From Camelus dromedarius (taxonomy: Eukaryota), in assembly GCF_036321535.1 (NCBI RefSeq), contig NC_087436.1, positions 103,046,001 to 103,110,000 on the forward strand: DNA of 64,000 nucleotides. The letters run 5' to 3'. Each line of letters starts with the position of its first letter. Positions within the stretch are counted from its first letter, which is position 1. Below the pieces are notes generated by a model. It saw only the letters and a program-made list of their open reading frames with translations. It did not search any database and had not been told where the DNA came from. Below are positions 62,404 through 64,000 of this stretch, one piece after another. Position numbers and translations under genes: made by a program.

Positions 62404-63515
62404 AAAACTGGTACTGGAATGAAAGTACCACTCTAATGCCTGTACTAAATTACTTGGTATTAGTTTAGAGAACAGGAAAAGGACAGGAAGGAAACTTATC
62501 AGAGCCTGGAAGGATGTGGAAGGATGTTGATGAGAGTTCTATATTACTGACACAATTGGTAAAATTGTCACCTTAATTAACATATCTCGAGGGAAGAGGT
62601 TGTAGAAAAGAATGTTGGAAGTATTTGATGTTTACTGTAGGCAGTATGTTGCGAGTATTATTAGAAACTGAGCTCAGAAAATAATTAGTTGCTTTGAAAC
62701 AAGAAAGGAAATATAGTTCAGGAATTTAGGGACCTTTTAGGCTGGTTTGGAAAGGATACTTCTTCTTCACCCCAAAGAGTAAAAGATAAAATTAAATAGG
62801 TCTTTGATATCAAAAGCAGATTCTAATTGGTTTTCAAGCAAATATAAATTACAGAGAATGGCTTTTATAAGCATTGACAAAGCCCTTTAATGAACTGTTG
62901 GCATCCAGTAGATCTTCCCAGTTAGACAGAACAACTCAGGGAAAGCAGAGCGAGCCTGGCTGTTCTCCTACATGACTGGCTGAAGCTGCCTGCGACTCAG
63001 TTGGGAGAGAACAGAAGTATGAGGGCAAGGAAACAGAGAAATGTATCAGATCTAAGAAGGATATCTGGAAAAGCCCTGAAGATATAGATATTTCCATGTG
63101 GAGCTGACAGGAATCAAATGTATAGAAGCCCAATTACATCTGTAAGAGATCTGTACTACAAAAGAAACCATCACAACTCCAAGTATAAAAAGTTCATGAG
63201 AATTGATTTAAAACAGCTCACTATACAAGAATAAAAATGACCCTTGAGTCCCCAAATGTTGCCTTCATCAAATATTATCTGAGTAGGATAATAAATACGG
63301 AAAATTCTCCCAGAAGACGGAGCAACAGGCTAAAGAGATCAATGGAATGGGTGTTTCTTTCAGGAAACAGAATCAGGGCTGGTTCAAGCATCCCCCTTCT
63401 CTGTGTAATGGGGCTTTTGCAACTTCTGCCCATGGTATCTGAGTTTCTGTGGACCAGTTTCTCACTGTTCTATTTTCAAAATGGCAGCATGTATTGTTTT
63501 TATTCTGTTTGGGGG
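62404..63515 (+). mobile_element. MLT1-int (MaLR internal region)
   Basis: Begins aaaactggtactgga right after the LTR CA end, as MaLR internals do; acaattggtaaaattgtcacc; 3' part tttcaaaatggcagcatgtattg. Confidence 0.65.
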
Positions 63516-63554
63516 ATTATACAATGCCGTAGACTTTCTCAACAGGAACCTGGC

Positions 63555-64000
63555 TGCTACCTAGTAAAATTTAGTGTGTGCATACCTAGGATCTAAAAGT
63601 TTGCCTCTGGGAATATGTCCTCAACAAATAAATGTTTAATGATGTTAACTGCAGGAAAATTGTCCACAAAAGGGAATCAGAAGCAATCTGCTTGTGTCAC
63701 AAGCAATGATGAATCGTAACTGTGAATAAAAGGATCTCTAAAACCTGGTGGAATCATGTCATGGAGTGCTATACAACTGGAAGGGAAAAAAATGGTGTAT
63801 ATGACCTAAATGGATAGATATTAAACACATTTTGGTGAGTGAAAAAAAGTAAGCAATATATGAGACCTATACTATAGAACACTTTATTTATATATAAAAT
63901 ATTAACATAAAACAATATACACATTTATAACAACACGAATATATCAAGTAATTGAGATGATTGCTTATGAGGAAGCAGAAGGAAAAGAAATGGGGGGAAA
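63555..64000 (+). mobile_element. old L1 (L1MC/ME) 3' region
   Basis: catacctaggatc..ctctgggaatatgtcc...atggagtgctatacaac...ggtgagtgaaaaaaagtaagc. Confidence 0.65.

Noticed and set aside
86..63596. The many 60-120 aa ORFs in the ORF track as host genes
   Set aside because: Low-complexity F/L/I/S-rich translations typical of AT-rich non-coding DNA or antisense repeats, many with non-ATG starts and no recognisable domains; only Tigger1 pieces are real protein remnants

Overview
AT-rich, CpG-depleted mammalian non-coding DNA (gene desert or large intron). It is probably camelid, because the only lineage-specific SINE seen is a tRNA-Ala-derived Vic-1-like element and I saw no Alu, Bov-A/BovB, PRE-1, Can-SINE or B1/B2. 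I cannot support any host protein-coding gene, functional RNA gene or CRISPR array. The ORF track looks spurious except for ORFs inside a decayed Tigger1 transposase and antisense L1 frames. The window is a layered transposon record. Old layer: L2, MIR, L3/CR1, MLT1 (MaLR) LTRs including one with internal sequence, L1M fragments, MER20, MER53 and a near full-length Tigger1. Younger layer: several ERV1 solo LTRs, one CpG-rich with a perfect TSD. The most notable structures are two MER41-like LTRs back-to-back 38 bp apart, an L1 that kept its 5' and 3' ends but lost both ORFs, the young LTR with a duplicated U3 enhancer and R-region hairpin, a candidate spliced lncRNA near 5.0-7.9 kb, and several TE-free motif-dense segments that may be enhancers. 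No clearly novel biological system is demonstrable from sequence alone. Repeat families were assigned from recalled consensus sequences, so subfamilies and boundaries are approximate.
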